DNA of 63,989 bases, filler included, from Craspedostauros australis (lineage: Eukaryota), in the NCBI GenBank assembly GCA_030167865.1. It is 7 parts of 7 records of this genome, joined end to end, with 100 filler letters (N's around TTAATTAATTAA, not from the genome) between each part and the next. Parts side by side here need not be neighbours in the genome. Positions count along the whole stretch, not along the records: positions 1 to 22,317 come from JALAGF010006419.1; 6 more parts are not named here. One strand, given 5' to 3'. This document shows, piece by piece, positions 1 to 11,803 of this stretch (the stretch's first letter is position 1; each line of letters starts with the position of its first letter). The notes beneath the pieces were generated by a model. It saw only the letters and a program-made list of their open reading frames with translations, had not been told where the DNA came from and made no database searches. Position numbers and translations under genes: made by a program.

Positions 1-222
1 TGTCTTATTTGGTCTTGGTTGTGTCAGACAGAGATTCAGGAACTCGATTGCGTCAGTCTCTAATCCTGACGTCTTACCTAAGTGATTCCTCTCATCCATA
101 TATATCTGGTCTTGCTCCTCTGCTGACGTTCATGCTCTGCTCCTCACGTTCCCGCTGACGTTAGATTCCTCTCGATCGGTAGATTATTTGTTTCTGAAGA
201 TTCCGAGATTCTTTCGTCATAT
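1..222 (-). mobile_element. Second copy or continuation of the same putative LTR
   Basis: 91-222 is identical to 649-780. The two copies diverge abruptly after ...TTCGTCATAT (222 vs 780). Confidence 0.55.
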
Positions 223-258
223 CCATAATGATTTCGGCCTGGTACTGGCCTACGTGGC

Positions 259-333
259 TTGTCTCCCCAGGCAAATTGGAGGTGCAATTTGTCTCCACAG
301 GCAAATTGGGGTCCATTTGTCTCCACAGACAAA
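259..333. repeat. Three imperfect ~29-30 bp tandem units (TTGTCTCC(C/A)CAG(G/A)CAAA...)
   Basis: Units visible at ~259, ~289 and ~318, within the 223-598 segment that interrupts the LTR copy. They resemble subterminal repeats of a DNA transposon. Confidence 0.6.
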
Positions 334-648
334 CTGCGACTCAACGGACTCGCCCAAATACGCTTTATGAGAAGCCGTTTTTTTTTCAAACCCTTTTTCG
401 CTGGCCAGCTCGACTCACGACATGCCTCATGTCTTAGTTCTATAATAATCGCTGCAGTTGTGGTAATTGAACAAACAATAATCATTATTCGTGCTCCACC
501 CTCCTTGTCGTGTCACACCGTTGCCAGGATTTTGGTGTTGTTGTCAGGAGCGTGGTGGATGACATCGAAATCAAAAAGTAAAAGCTCATTACCTTAGANN
601 NNNNNNNNNNNNNNNNNNNNNNNNNNNNNNNNNNNNNNNNNNNNNNNN

Positions 649-934
649 CTCATCCATATATATCTGGTCTTGCTCCTCTGCTGACGTTCATGCTCTGCTC
701 CTCACGTTCCCGCTGACGTTAGATTCCTCTCGATCGGTAGATTATTTGTTTCTGAAGATTCCGAGATTCTTTCGTCATATTCGAGGATTCTGCTGTGAAT
801 TTTCCGTTTTCGGGTTTGGAACATTTGATCGTGAGAAGGAGTTCTGGACAAACAAATATGTGTGAGCAGTCATTTGCGCAACTGTGACCCCTACCGGGTC
901 ATACACGAATCTGAATATTCGTCATGTTCCAACA
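649..934 (-). mobile_element. LTR of an LTR retrotransposon (end fragment) inserted into the adjacent host gene
   Basis: Minus strand starts TGTTGGAA at 934, a typical LTR terminus, exactly where the coding character of ORF 899..1384 ends (...ATC AGC GAC|TGTTGGAAC). 649-780 is repeated exactly at 91-222. Orientation is inferred, since LTR ends are inverted repeats. Confidence 0.65.
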
Positions 935-1384
935 GTCGCTGATGATGATCTGTGCCAGTTGCTCGTCTGACAGGTTGAGCTGCTTCTGTTCCGTTGTGCA
1001 TGTGGCGGCGACGGCCAATGCAGCCATGGAATGCATCCATGCACGTCGGGATGTCGACGTTGATGGCAGGGATGGTGTGGCGTCAGCGTTGGCGGCAGTG
1101 CTCCAGAGAGGATCGGCAGGTGTGGCTGCATCCTGGAATGATTGCTGTGGCACGTTGGATGCGATGGCTTGTCTGGCGTTCTGAAGGAATGCGAAACGGG
1201 ATGCCGATGGTTGCTCGGACTCGAACATGGTGGCGAAGAGCTGGGTGTTGGNTGATGNTGGCTGTCTTGTGGTGAATGCCTGTGCTTGGTTGTTGGCGCA
1301 TGGTGCTGCGAGGACGAGGAGTCCAAGGAAAAGGGAGAGCTTGACGCTGGATGTGGTTGGCTTGTTGTTGCTGTTGCTGTTCAT
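935..1384 (-). pseudogene. 5' part of a nucleus-encoded plastid (probably thylakoid lumen) protein precursor, truncated by the LTR
   Basis: Hydrophobic signal peptide ending AQA-F (diatom ASAFAP-like cleavage), Ser/Thr-rich transit region, then twin-Arg + hydrophobic stretch SRRAWMHSMAALAVAAT (Tat-like). Only a short mature part (KQLNLSDEQLAQIIISD) precedes the LTR junction. Confidence 0.65.
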
Positions 1385-3420
1385 GATTGTATTGTGTGTG
1401 TGGTGTGTATTGTGTGTGTGTTATTATTTGTTGTTGATTTGGTAGAGTCTGATTGTCCTCTTTTGCTTCGTTGTTGTTGTTGTTGTTGTTGTTGTGGCTG
1501 TTGTGTTTGTGTCGCTTTTGATTTTGTGGGGAGAGAGAGGATGGACATTGGAAGAATCCACACCAACGCACAGTCGTGCACATCCACAACCACAACCACA
1601 ATGGAGAAGACTGTACAGAGGGAGAAGAACAACACGTGGGTGTTGGAGTCATGATACTCCATGCAGAATCGCCATTCACAGCAACGCCACCAGTTTGATC
1701 AATCCCCACTTATCGTCTCCGTTCTCCCCACGAAACTCAATTTTACCAATACCGAAATGTGGAGAAGCGATCTGGTTGGTTGCCGAAACACGTCATTCAC
1801 CAGTTCATACAGCTCATACCAACGGCGAACATTTTGCTGTCCACACACAAACACTCAACCAGGCCCGAACAAGGCAAGAGCAATGATACAACAACACCGG
1901 TGAGTGGGGAGAGGCTGGTCTTGTGTGGTGATCCCAATCCCAATTCAAATCACATACCACATACCAAGCAATGGCAGAGTGGCAACGCAAAACTCCTCAC
2001 CATGCAGATCAGTCCATGGATGCCATCACATCAAGCAACACAAACCAGCACGATACTGCCTTATGCCGGTCCGAACCATGGACATCCTCCTGATCGTGCC
2101 ATCCTTCCTCCTCTTCTCTCTCACCATGTATTCATACTCGGACAGATGCGCACGTCTCATCATCCCCACAGACAACCTGCACATGTTCGAAGTATGCACA
2201 TGCAACCCAGTAGTCCAGCAGCTTTCATGATGATGGAGCATTGACAGGGAACAGCAGCTTGAGCACCATCACCAATCGTGGGACACTTGAAGACCAGCTA
2301 CTCTGTGTACCTCGCTTTTTGAGTCTGAGTATGACGTACAGTTGTGACGGGCGACTGTGGAAGCATCCTCAATTGCAACTGCAAAACCGAGAACAGAGAC
2401 CCGCACACAGTGACAGCCTGATGGCAATGCGACGTCTCGCGTGCTTTCTTCCATCGTTGTCATCGTCATCGTCATCATGGTGATACGGATCCAATCATGC
2501 AAACCAATACCATCTTCGCCATGCATACCATGCATACCATGCACCCTCCGCTCTGCAGTTGCTCTGCAACCAGTTTGCTCCATCTTGTTTGGTGAAAATG
2601 TGAACTGTTTGAGTCGTGACGGGCCCGTTGTCTTGTTGTTGTTGTTCTCTTGGGTACTTGTAGCGCAATGATGATGATGTTTGCGGATTTATGGGGTTTT
2701 CTCCGAGAACCAATTAACAGTTGGAATGGGCAGGATAAGTCATTCACGACCAGCACGCCCAACTGTGCATCTCGTGTTGTTGTTGTTCTTTGTGTGGGGA
2801 GAAGCCCATGTGGTTTTTGAAACGTGCTATTCGTGGTTGGGCGTGAGATCATTGGAGTTGTGTTGACGAAAGACTGATAGAGGCTTCTGATTGGCCATCA
2901 AGGATGGACGTGGCAACGAATTCATGACAAACCGGTGTTCCTGTTTCCAAACGTTCAGTGAAGCTCACTTTCACCACACAACACCACAACTTCGCGTGCT
3001 TTGCGAGTGCTCGCTGCTTGTGGCCTCACGTGTATTTCCTGTGTGCCGAACAAGACCAATGCTTGGGGATGGAAGTGTGGTTGAGACTGCTCCAGGGCGT
3101 TGTGTTCTCTGCACTTCATGACTGGAACCTGTATGACAGATTGCGGAGGTTGCCTCTCCTGAATCGGCAAGCTGGCACCTTCTTCATCCTCTTGTGATGT
3201 CTGTGGGAAAGCAAAGCAAAACAAAGCGGATCAACCTTCCTCTCACAAAATACAAATCCATCCACTCCGCAAACCGCAACAGCAACAACTACAACAGCAA
3301 CAACAACAACAACAACAACAACAATCAAGAGAATACAGCCGCTCCACACACACACACACAACACAATCCAACAAGGGCATCCAACAAAGAAGAACAACAA
3401 TAACACTAACCGCAACCGCA

Positions 3421-4777
3421 ATGACAGCATACAACAACACGACGACACTCATCACACTCACGCTGCTGTGTCTGTGCAACTCAATCACAAACTGCCAAGC
3501 GTGGGTGACACACAACACACCATCGGCGTCAACAACATCAACCACACACACACGACAAGGACCGCCGCCAGCCGCCACGGCAACTCACATCAATCCACAG
3601 CAAACGCACGTCCTCGTTCTNCCAGGCTTCGCAACCGCAGCCAGCGACTACGTCGATGACCTTGTTCCCAACATCGCACAGCAAGCCATCGACGCTGGAT
3701 GGTGGAGCAACGACAACAACAACAGCAACAACAACAGCAACGATGACGACATGACCAACGCAATGGATCACATCCACGTCCTGCCACTCCAGCGACATGA
3801 TTGGGCACAGACCATTGCATTCGGCATATGCGATCTCGACTTCATGACCTTCAAGGCACCAGCAACCAACTGGGCGTACCGATGGTACCTTCAGAAGGTG
3901 GCCAAGGAGGTGAAGAGAATCCAGGATGTCGCCAAGGAGGAAGGCACGACCGCCAAGATCATCCTGGTGGGACACTCCGCCGGTGGCTGGCTCGCAAGGT
4001 GAGTTTGGCGCCGCTTTACTCCTGTACGACTGATATTGTGCGACTGCTACTGTGCGTGCTTCAGGGCTCTGCTCTACTCTGCTCTTCTCTACTCCATTCA
4101 TTTCACTCACACTATCAACACTCGCGTTCTCCCTCCACACATCATGCATCATCACATTCATCATTCGCCTCCTTCCAACCAACAGAGCCGCTGTCGGATA
4201 CGGAATGGATGACACCAACGGCAAGGATCTGCAGATTGACATCGACAGCATTCTGGGAATCGTCACGCTCGGGTCTCCCCACATCCCATGCCCCAAGNNN
4301 NNNNNNNNNNNNNNNGACATCACCGGCGGTGCACTCCGTATCGTTCACGACACCTTCCCAGGTGCCTTCTTCAACGACCGTCTCTTCTACGTGTCTGCTG
4401 CCGGATCTGCATTGAATGTCGAGCAGCAGCAAGCGCACATCCCTTCCCCAAACACCATCACCTCACAGCCAGATGCTGATCACATGCTTGCGTACCAATC
4501 GTACAAGTTGCTGTCCGGTCAAGGACACCAGGACGGCGATGGCATCGTCCCTGTCCCGCTTGCGCACCTGGAGGGTTCCAATCTTCAGATCACCTTGGAC
4601 AACGTGTACCACACCTCCATGCTGCAGAATCAGCATCAGCATCAACATGAGCACGATCAACACACATCTCCCACATCCGAAGCCTCGGAATCGAGATGGT
4701 ACGGATCGAAGGAGATCGTCCAACAATGGTTCAGTCCTGTTCTGCACAAGGTGCTGCCAGCGATGATGGTTCAGTAG
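3421..4777 (+). CDS. Alpha/beta hydrolase (PGAP1-like lipase/esterase), 2 exons, with N-terminal signal peptide
   Basis: Exons 3421-3998 and 4186-4777, with GT..AG intron 3999-4185 (GTGAGT...AACAG) joining WLAR-AAVG in frame. Nucleophile elbow ILVGHSAGG, VTLGSPH, acid motif DGDGIVP and His in VYHT. Signal peptide ends CQA-W (possible plastid targeting). Confidence 0.85.
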
Positions 4778-7161
4778 CTTGCTTTCCTGCGCTTAGACTT
4801 GAAGTCGCAGATGCAGTTGCAGCCAATCGCTGAGCGAGTGCGCAACCTCGAATACCATCCGCAGTACCTACACTGCCCGTCTACAACAGACACACAATTT
4901 TCACCATACACAAACATATCATACAATAGAATACCCCACAATAGAACTCCATACAAGAGAATACCATGAGTGTACGAATGATGATGGTCGATGCGTCCAC
5001 TACACTCATGTGGACGGCAGAGATCCTGATTTGACATCATTCCGTTTTGGCCAATTCTACGATCACACAGGAATGCTCAACTGAACTCCATCGTTGCATC
5101 CGTTGATTCGAAGCTGGATGCTGCCTCGCTCCCTGTATTGATAGCGCATAAAACTTCAGATTGATGGATGCCTTCGAACATGCTTCATCCAGTGGTTCAA
5201 TGATGTTGCTCGGATGAAATACGCACAAGAGAGAGGAGTTGGAGAGGCGATTTGATGGTTGTGACGGATCTTTGTGGATGCTTTTATCGACTCATTTGAA
5301 TGGATCACGCACTTCGATCATGGAAGTTAGGGACTCATTTGCACACGACCAAACAAGAACAAAAATGGCGCGCAACATCACCAAATTTGTGGTTTCTCTT
5401 CTTGTTCGCCAGAATGGCAGACGCAAGATGAGACAAAGGCTGAAACGGTGGGGACGGCATGAAGAGGAACGGACATGGTCGTGCGGTGTGGTGTGGGACG
5501 AGGAAGGCAGATGAAGGCGGAATGAAGTGCCACTGCTATTGATGAGCGCCGATGAAGCGCGGCGTTGCCAATGATGACCACATGACAGTCGCGTTGACAG
5601 ACATCCATCGAACAGTGAAGAGAAGAGAAGAGATGAGGTATGAACGTAACCGAGCATGACGGGACGTGATGGGACGACAAGCAACGGCCATGATCAGGAG
5701 AAGGTGATGCGAGAGAGAGACATGGAGAAACACAGAACACAGCATTGCTCCTGCAAGCATGCCAGCAACGCATTCAACGATCTCATGACGACTCCATCAC
5801 CACGAATGAAGTCACGATGATCACGATGATCACGATGATCATGATGTGAACTTCCACAGACACAGCTCATACCACCATGGTCAGCGGCATCATCAATATC
5901 AGGTATTGCACAACGAGGATCGATGGTCGGCAACCGACATCGCAGAGTCAAGAAGACTGCGGATGTGCAACACGAACCACATATGCTGGTCGTCGGCAAT
6001 ACTGCAGCAACCGCGGTTGTTCGACATGCTCCATAGCAGGATACAACACATCTGCACGAAGCAGAGAAGCTCTGCAAGCGTGCCTGCATGTCGAGCATGT
6101 CGAGCATCCATAGATGGAGGATGCTTCCGCATGGCCAGCTCACGGTTGCCAACGCCGGTATTCGTACTTGGCACTTGATCAAGTGTCATGGGTTTGACAA
6201 CACACACACAGAGACAGACCAGGAATTCGGAAAGCAATGATTGCCGTTGCCGATGAATCCAACATCAGTTCTGCCATGGAGGCAATCATTGCATGCCAGG
6301 CGACGATAGAGGAGAGGATTGGCAAAAATGACCAGCTTGTTCCCCGCAATCTACATCCAATGGAAATGAGAACATCAGGCAACCGATGTCATGAGTACCA
6401 CACAGCATGTTCAACGAGTCACCCCCAATGAAGTCCCTCAAGGGCACAGCAGTGCGTTGTGAAGGCTTGTAGCCATCAACACATCAGCAGATTCGTGGCA
6501 CAAGTTCCAACGCGCCGCCTGAAACGTAGCGAACTGGAATGGATGTTCCTGCTCTACCTTGGGAGGGCATGTGTTTCGTTTCGCATCCTCCCCATACACT
6601 CTTTGCCTTCCCGAACGGTTGCGGTAGAATTGGCTTGCGTGACCTGTGTGGCAGTGACATCAGGCAAGAATATCGGACTTGATTTCGAGTGAAAGGGATA
6701 TGTGCTTGATCAGTTGCTATGTATGTCATCCAGAGACGTTGGCGATGAATCTGCTCAAGGCTCGGCTGTGCTGATGTTCCGTACTCCTCGCTAGTTCACC
6801 ATCGCACCAACATCTATCGGATCTTCCCATCAGGTCGAGATGTCACAATACCGGACCAACAACATAACACTCTGGCGATTTTAGTATGCAGCAGAATACC
6901 ATCCACAACACTACGCACAGCAATCGCAAAACAAGCACAACCTGCAAATCAACCTTCGTTCTTTTCACTGAATGCAAGCAAAAGGGTTGAACTAATGAAT
7001 GGCTCGACATGTGCGGCGTGCCATTGAATGGATCACTGATCATCTGCTTGAATCATTGTTACTAGTACTACTCTGATTCCTCATCTATTTCATCTGATTC
7101 ATCTTCTTCATCGCATGACATGCTTGCTCATCAGTCTGCTATTGCTGCTGTTGTTGTTGCT

Positions 7162-8550
7162 TTAGTTCTCTTCCTCAGCTGTGCCGTCGCTCTCAGCCAC
7201 CCTGGAGGAGGTGATGGAACGCACGAAGCGCAACAGCGCGACGCGATCCATGTACGAATCCACCTGCACAGCACCCTCGTCTTCATCCACAACCTTGTAC
7301 AACTCCATCATAGACATGCCACCATATTCATCATCACCTCCATCGGTCACCATTCCCTCACTGCAAAGGACATGAATGCCTCCCATCAGTTGAGGATGTT
7401 GAAACAACTTGCCGAAATCTCGACGAGCGAGTAAAGTCTGCATGTTTTGAGCTGCCATCCTTGTTGCCACGTCTTTCAGCAGTGCACAGTTATGCTGATC
7501 GGCGAATATCAATGCATGCACCATGGTGTCCTGTGTGAGATGCTTGCGGGCCAACTCCGCTTCAAGAACAAGCTTGAGTCGCCAGAAGCTAAACTCGTTC
7601 GCCACAAGGATCAACTGTTGCAGATCGTCCTGTCCATTGAAGGAGAGGGGTGACTGGTCCATGCTATCAGGATCAGTGGTGTCATGGGTGTTGCCATGGG
7701 TGTTGTCATGGGTGTTGTCATGGGCGTTGCCATTGGCGTTGTCGTCGAAGGATATCTCACCTGTGTAGATGCATTGGAGGACATGTCGAACGTGTTTGGG
7801 TTGAAATTTGGGAAGAGGGACAGTTGCTTGGATGGAGGCCGCACCGTCATCAGCGTCGTCATCAGCGTGCTGACGTTGGATTCCGGAGTCGAGCAATGTC
7901 TGAATGGATGGGACGGTGACCATGAGGACTCCACTGTTTGCCTTGATCGGTTGTTGTTCCTCGCCTTCTCCGCACAGGAAGATGATGTCTGCCTTGGCTT
8001 CGGTGAGAACAGCGGTGCGACGATCTTGACCGATGCTCATGTTGGTCGTTGTGCAGACTTGAGAGATGGTGTGGTTGGATGGTGTTGTAATGATGTTCGT
8101 GTGGTTTTGTTTGTGCATTTGCAGCTGCATCTGCAGTTCTGAGTTGCAGTGAACGAGACTGTTGATGATCGATCTCATCATCTTGATTTGATGGTTCGCT
8201 TTGATCACATCGATGGGTGTTTTGTTGTCGCTGTTCTTGATGTCGATACTGGCGCTGGTTGATTCGATGAGGTACTCCGCAGTCTCTACCTTGCTGGTGG
8301 AGCATGCGCAGTGAAGGGGAGTGTGATATCCGTAGTTGATGCAGCTAACATCAGCTTTGCATTTTTCAACGAGGTACTTGACGCACTCCAGGTGGCCGTT
8401 GTTGCATGCCCAATGAAGGGGAGTTGAGCCATACGCATCCTTGACCTCGTTGACATCACCTCTTTGGTTTTGCTTCGTCCATTCTTTCAACACCGAAAGG
8501 TCACCCCCCTTGGCAGCGCCAAGGAGCTGTTCGTTCGAAACAATCGGCAT
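7162..8550 (-). CDS. Ankyrin-repeat + BTB/POZ domain protein (462 aa)
   Basis: Ankyrin motifs GSTPLHWACNNGHLECVKYLV, YHTPLHCAC and NKTPID. BTB-like ADIIFLCG...VLQCIYTG...LILVANEF, then BACK-like helices (VHALIFADQHNCALLK). Confidence 0.88.
   Translation of the reverse strand: MPIVSNEQLLGAAKGGDLSVLKEWTKQNQRGDVNEVKDAYGSTPLHWACNNGHLECVKYLVEKCKADVSCINYGYHTPLHCACSTSKVETAEYLIESTSASIDIKNSDNKTPIDVIKANHQIKMMRSIINSLVHCNSELQMQLQMHKQNHTNIITTPSNHTISQVCTTTNMSIGQDRRTAVLTEAKADIIFLCGEGEEQQPIKANSGVLMVTVPSIQTLLDSGIQRQHADDDADDGAASIQATVPLPKFQPKHVRHVLQCIYTGEISFDDNANGNAHDNTHDNTHGNTHDTTDPDSMDQSPLSFNGQDDLQQLILVANEFSFWRLKLVLEAELARKHLTQDTMVHALIFADQHNCALLKDVATRMAAQNMQTLLARRDFGKLFQHPQLMGGIHVLCSEGMVTDGGDDEYGGMSMMELYKVVDEDEGAVQVDSYMDRVALLRFVRSITSSRVAESDGTAEEEN
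7676..7742. repeat. 12-bp coding tandem repeat inside the BTB loop (GNAHDNTHDNTHGNTHDT)
   Basis: Repeated (G/T)CATGGG(T/C)GTTG units, about five copies. Confidence 0.7.
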
Positions 8551-10419
8551 GTTGAGATGATGGTCGGTGGTTGTTGGATGATTGCAAGTTGGATGAATGT
8601 TGAACAGTGGTTGGGTTGATGTTGCGCAGATATTGGCTGATTGGTTTGATGCTCTATGGTACTGTATGATATCGTGCCTCTCTGTATGAGATGGAAGACG
8701 TTGATTTTATGGTCTAATTTCGCCAGCGCTCGCATGTACGCGCCTTTGGTATGCGCCTTGTGTTGTTGTCTCGATTCCATGGTTGTCTCGCTTTCTCTCT
8801 CTCTCTCTTTCTTCAGGTTTTTCTGCGCTTGATGTCTCTCCTTGTCTTCATCTCTCGATCGTTCCCTGGTTTCGATACCAATGTCATGCACTCATGAAGG
8901 AGGGCCATCATAGTGTCAGACAGTATCGTGGAAGGATGGTGCATGTCCTTGTTGTTGTGTTGAGGTTTTGTTGAGCCGAACATCAAGCGGAGATGCGAAC
9001 GGGAAGGATGATGGGTACCGTGGGAATTCCCAGCGGAACCAGTTTTGTGGACAGCAAGAACACAGTGAGAAAAAGGAACCCTCGACTAGTACGACCATTA
9101 TGTGATCAATGTTGTTGTTGAAATGTCCGGGTGCTGTAGACTTGTTGGTAAAAGTAGACTGTTTCTGTTGAGGGTTGGTAACCTTTTCTCTGTCAGAATT
9201 ATGAGCTATTCTATTTCCGATTCTGCTCTCTCTCTCTCTCTGCTGCTCTGCTTATCGTGATCTCGTGTTGTACATCAGCCACTCTGCTGATCTTATCTTG
9301 TGTATCCATGTTGCTTCCAGCTATGGAGCAATCCCATTCGTACTCGGAACCATTGGCGCATTCATCTGTGATTCTATCTTGCTCACAGATTGCAATGTTG
9401 ATGTTCCGAATCTGAACACATAAGGACACACATGGGGAGTCCTCCAATGTCAAGGTGTTTGCAAGTGTCATGTTCAATCTTGCATTCTGCACACTGGGGT
9501 AAAGTATTGAGACCACTACATTCGGTCACAGTTTCGGTCGTGGTACAGACACACGATTCATCTGACCTCTGTGAGTTTTCAGTCTCGATCCGAGTCCCGC
9601 CTTCGTCTGGTCGGTGACGTCATGCCAAATCTCGACATGTTGTTGTCACAAAAAGAAGCACATCGAATGTGAGGGATCATCATTTGTGGCGACGCGTTGA
9701 TTCGAATTGTTCGTGCAATAGTTTCATTGGTCCAATTTGACAACTATGACTTCGCTTCATGTGGACGCGCCAAGATGTGTGCCGAATCTGTGTGTTGGAG
9801 AAACACTCCATCGGCTTCTTGTTCGAGTACAACAGGTCCTCGCTCATCAACGCAAGCCACAAGGACAATCACAACCGCATTCATTGGAAGCCATGAGGTA
9901 GTCGTAACACGGGAAGTCCAGTCTGTGGCGCGGCTCGTTGAGGCCGCACCTGGACAATGCGCGATGCTTTACATCCACTCAACGTGAATAGAGGCAATGG
10001 GTTGGACGACCGTTCCCAACAAGTTTGGCCAGCGATTCATCCACGCTCCTGATGATGGAGGAATGGGAGAGGACGACCCTGCTTCCACATGCACATACTC
10101 CGGCGCTCCATCACTCATCCGGTTTTGATGCGTCGATCTTGCTTGAAAAGAAGTGGGCGTGATCCATTGTAAAGAAGAGGGAAAGCGACACCCTTCACAT
10201 CAGCCAGTCCGAGAGTCAATGCACTCCAACAGTCACCAGACGTTTCATCATCGTCGCTGCTGCTGCTGATGCTGCTGCTTATGATGATGCAATCCCACTC
10301 TCGTTGCAAAGGATGGCATTACTTTGCCTCACTTTGAAATAAAAAAGAGGCATTCCTTGGGACTTCCTGTGAGAAACATCTGCAACTACAACAACACCCA
10401 AACACTTCGACGTCTCAAC

Positions 10420-11247
10420 ATGAAGCTCGTCGCCACCACCGTCCTCATCTCTGTGATGGCATCTGTCTTTACTTCATTCATCGACGCTGTCGGCAACATC
10501 TGCGGCGTCCATGCCAACTTCGGAATTGGTCGAGTACAAGGTCCATCGTTGGGAGACTGCATGGTACGATGTATTGAAGAACAGCCCGCACAAGTCCTGC
10601 TGCATCGTGGACAAGTGCGTGATCGTCCATGACCCACCTTGGTGCAGATGCGTGTGCGATCGAAGCGAAGCAGACACTGCACCACGTCCGCATCGCCATG
10701 CATGCAAGCGCGATGGAGAGGGGAGTTCCCATCATTCTTTCCCGGGGGTGTTGATATCGATGGTGGTAGTTGCTTGGCCGAGCAGAAGCGCGGGAGGCAT
10801 TGTATCATATCTCTTTGGCCATGCATGATATGCAAGCAGCATTGAGCAGAGTGTCGCCAGGCTTGGGCTGGATGTTGAGCTCAGTGATGGTAGAGCACTC
10901 GAAGGTATTGTATGGCACCACATTTCTCCATCAGGCATGTGAGAGTCGTTGGACCATCGCCTCCACCGTTCCACAATTTATGGAGAGTGGCGCGGTGGAA
11001 GCATCGCCTCGGGATCGTGCGGGTGACACTGCTCTGCAATGCATTTGCGCACCCAATGGCAGAAGTCGCGAGCAAGATTGTGGGAAATCGTCTGGGGAAG
11101 TTGAATCTGGTGTTTGAATCGAGTAACGTGAAGGTGAATTTGAACATGGGGAACAATGAAGGAGACTCTGTGCTTCACTGTGTGGTCAAGGGAAATCATG
11201 CAACACTGGTCGAGTATCTGATCACGTTGGAGGAAGAGGTGATGTGA
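10420..11247 (+). pseudogene. Degenerate ankyrin-repeat gene with a frameshift and an internally inverted segment
   Basis: Plus-strand ankyrin motifs YGTTFLHQAC and RDRAGDTALQCIC, then in another frame NNEGDSVLHCVVKGNHATLVEYLI. Minus-strand motifs at ~10640-10865: PGDTLLNAAC..MHGQRDMIQCL and NDGNSPLHRACMHGDADVVQCLL. Confidence 0.6.
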
Positions 11248-11803
11248 TCGTTCGCACCTGATGGATGTCCAAACGTACGGTACCAATACCCATCACTTAC
11301 GTGGTTTAGCACAACATGTCGAAATAGAACATGATGAAAACAACCAACCACTCCGAACGAAGTTCCTCAGCTTCGCAGAATCAAGTCTGGCGAGGGCAGA
11401 CACGCTTGGCGTTTGTGAATTATCTCCAATTCTCTCTGTGTGGTACGGGTATGGTATTATACTACACATACTATTACGAGTACTCTTCGAGTTATGATCC
11501 TTCCTTGCGTAGGTGTCGTCGCCCACGTATGGTTTGCCTTCTATGTTCGTTGCAATAGCCGTGCAACTTGGAGTCGTTCGATTCAAACACAAACGTCAGT
11601 CCAGTCCACCGATCGTGATGGCCAATGGCGCCAACCATGGATGTCAAGGAAACGCTTCGCAAGGGCAGTGGCAACAAGATGAAATGAGATGAGACGAGGC
11701 AACAACCAACAACCGGAGATCGGATTGTGCTGCCATACTCTCCGTGTCCTACATTGCGCGACGATAGGCTTGCTGCCGACCAATTGAAAGAGGAAGAACG
11801 ATC

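Noticed and set aside
1600..3200. Short ORFs between the plastid precursor and the hydrolase
   Set aside because: Some coding-like fragments on the minus strand, but no recognisable motif or consistent exon chain.
4950..6800. Possible decayed genes (e.g. EPLDEACSK, weakly ankyrin-like)
   Set aside because: Too degenerate to support by eye.
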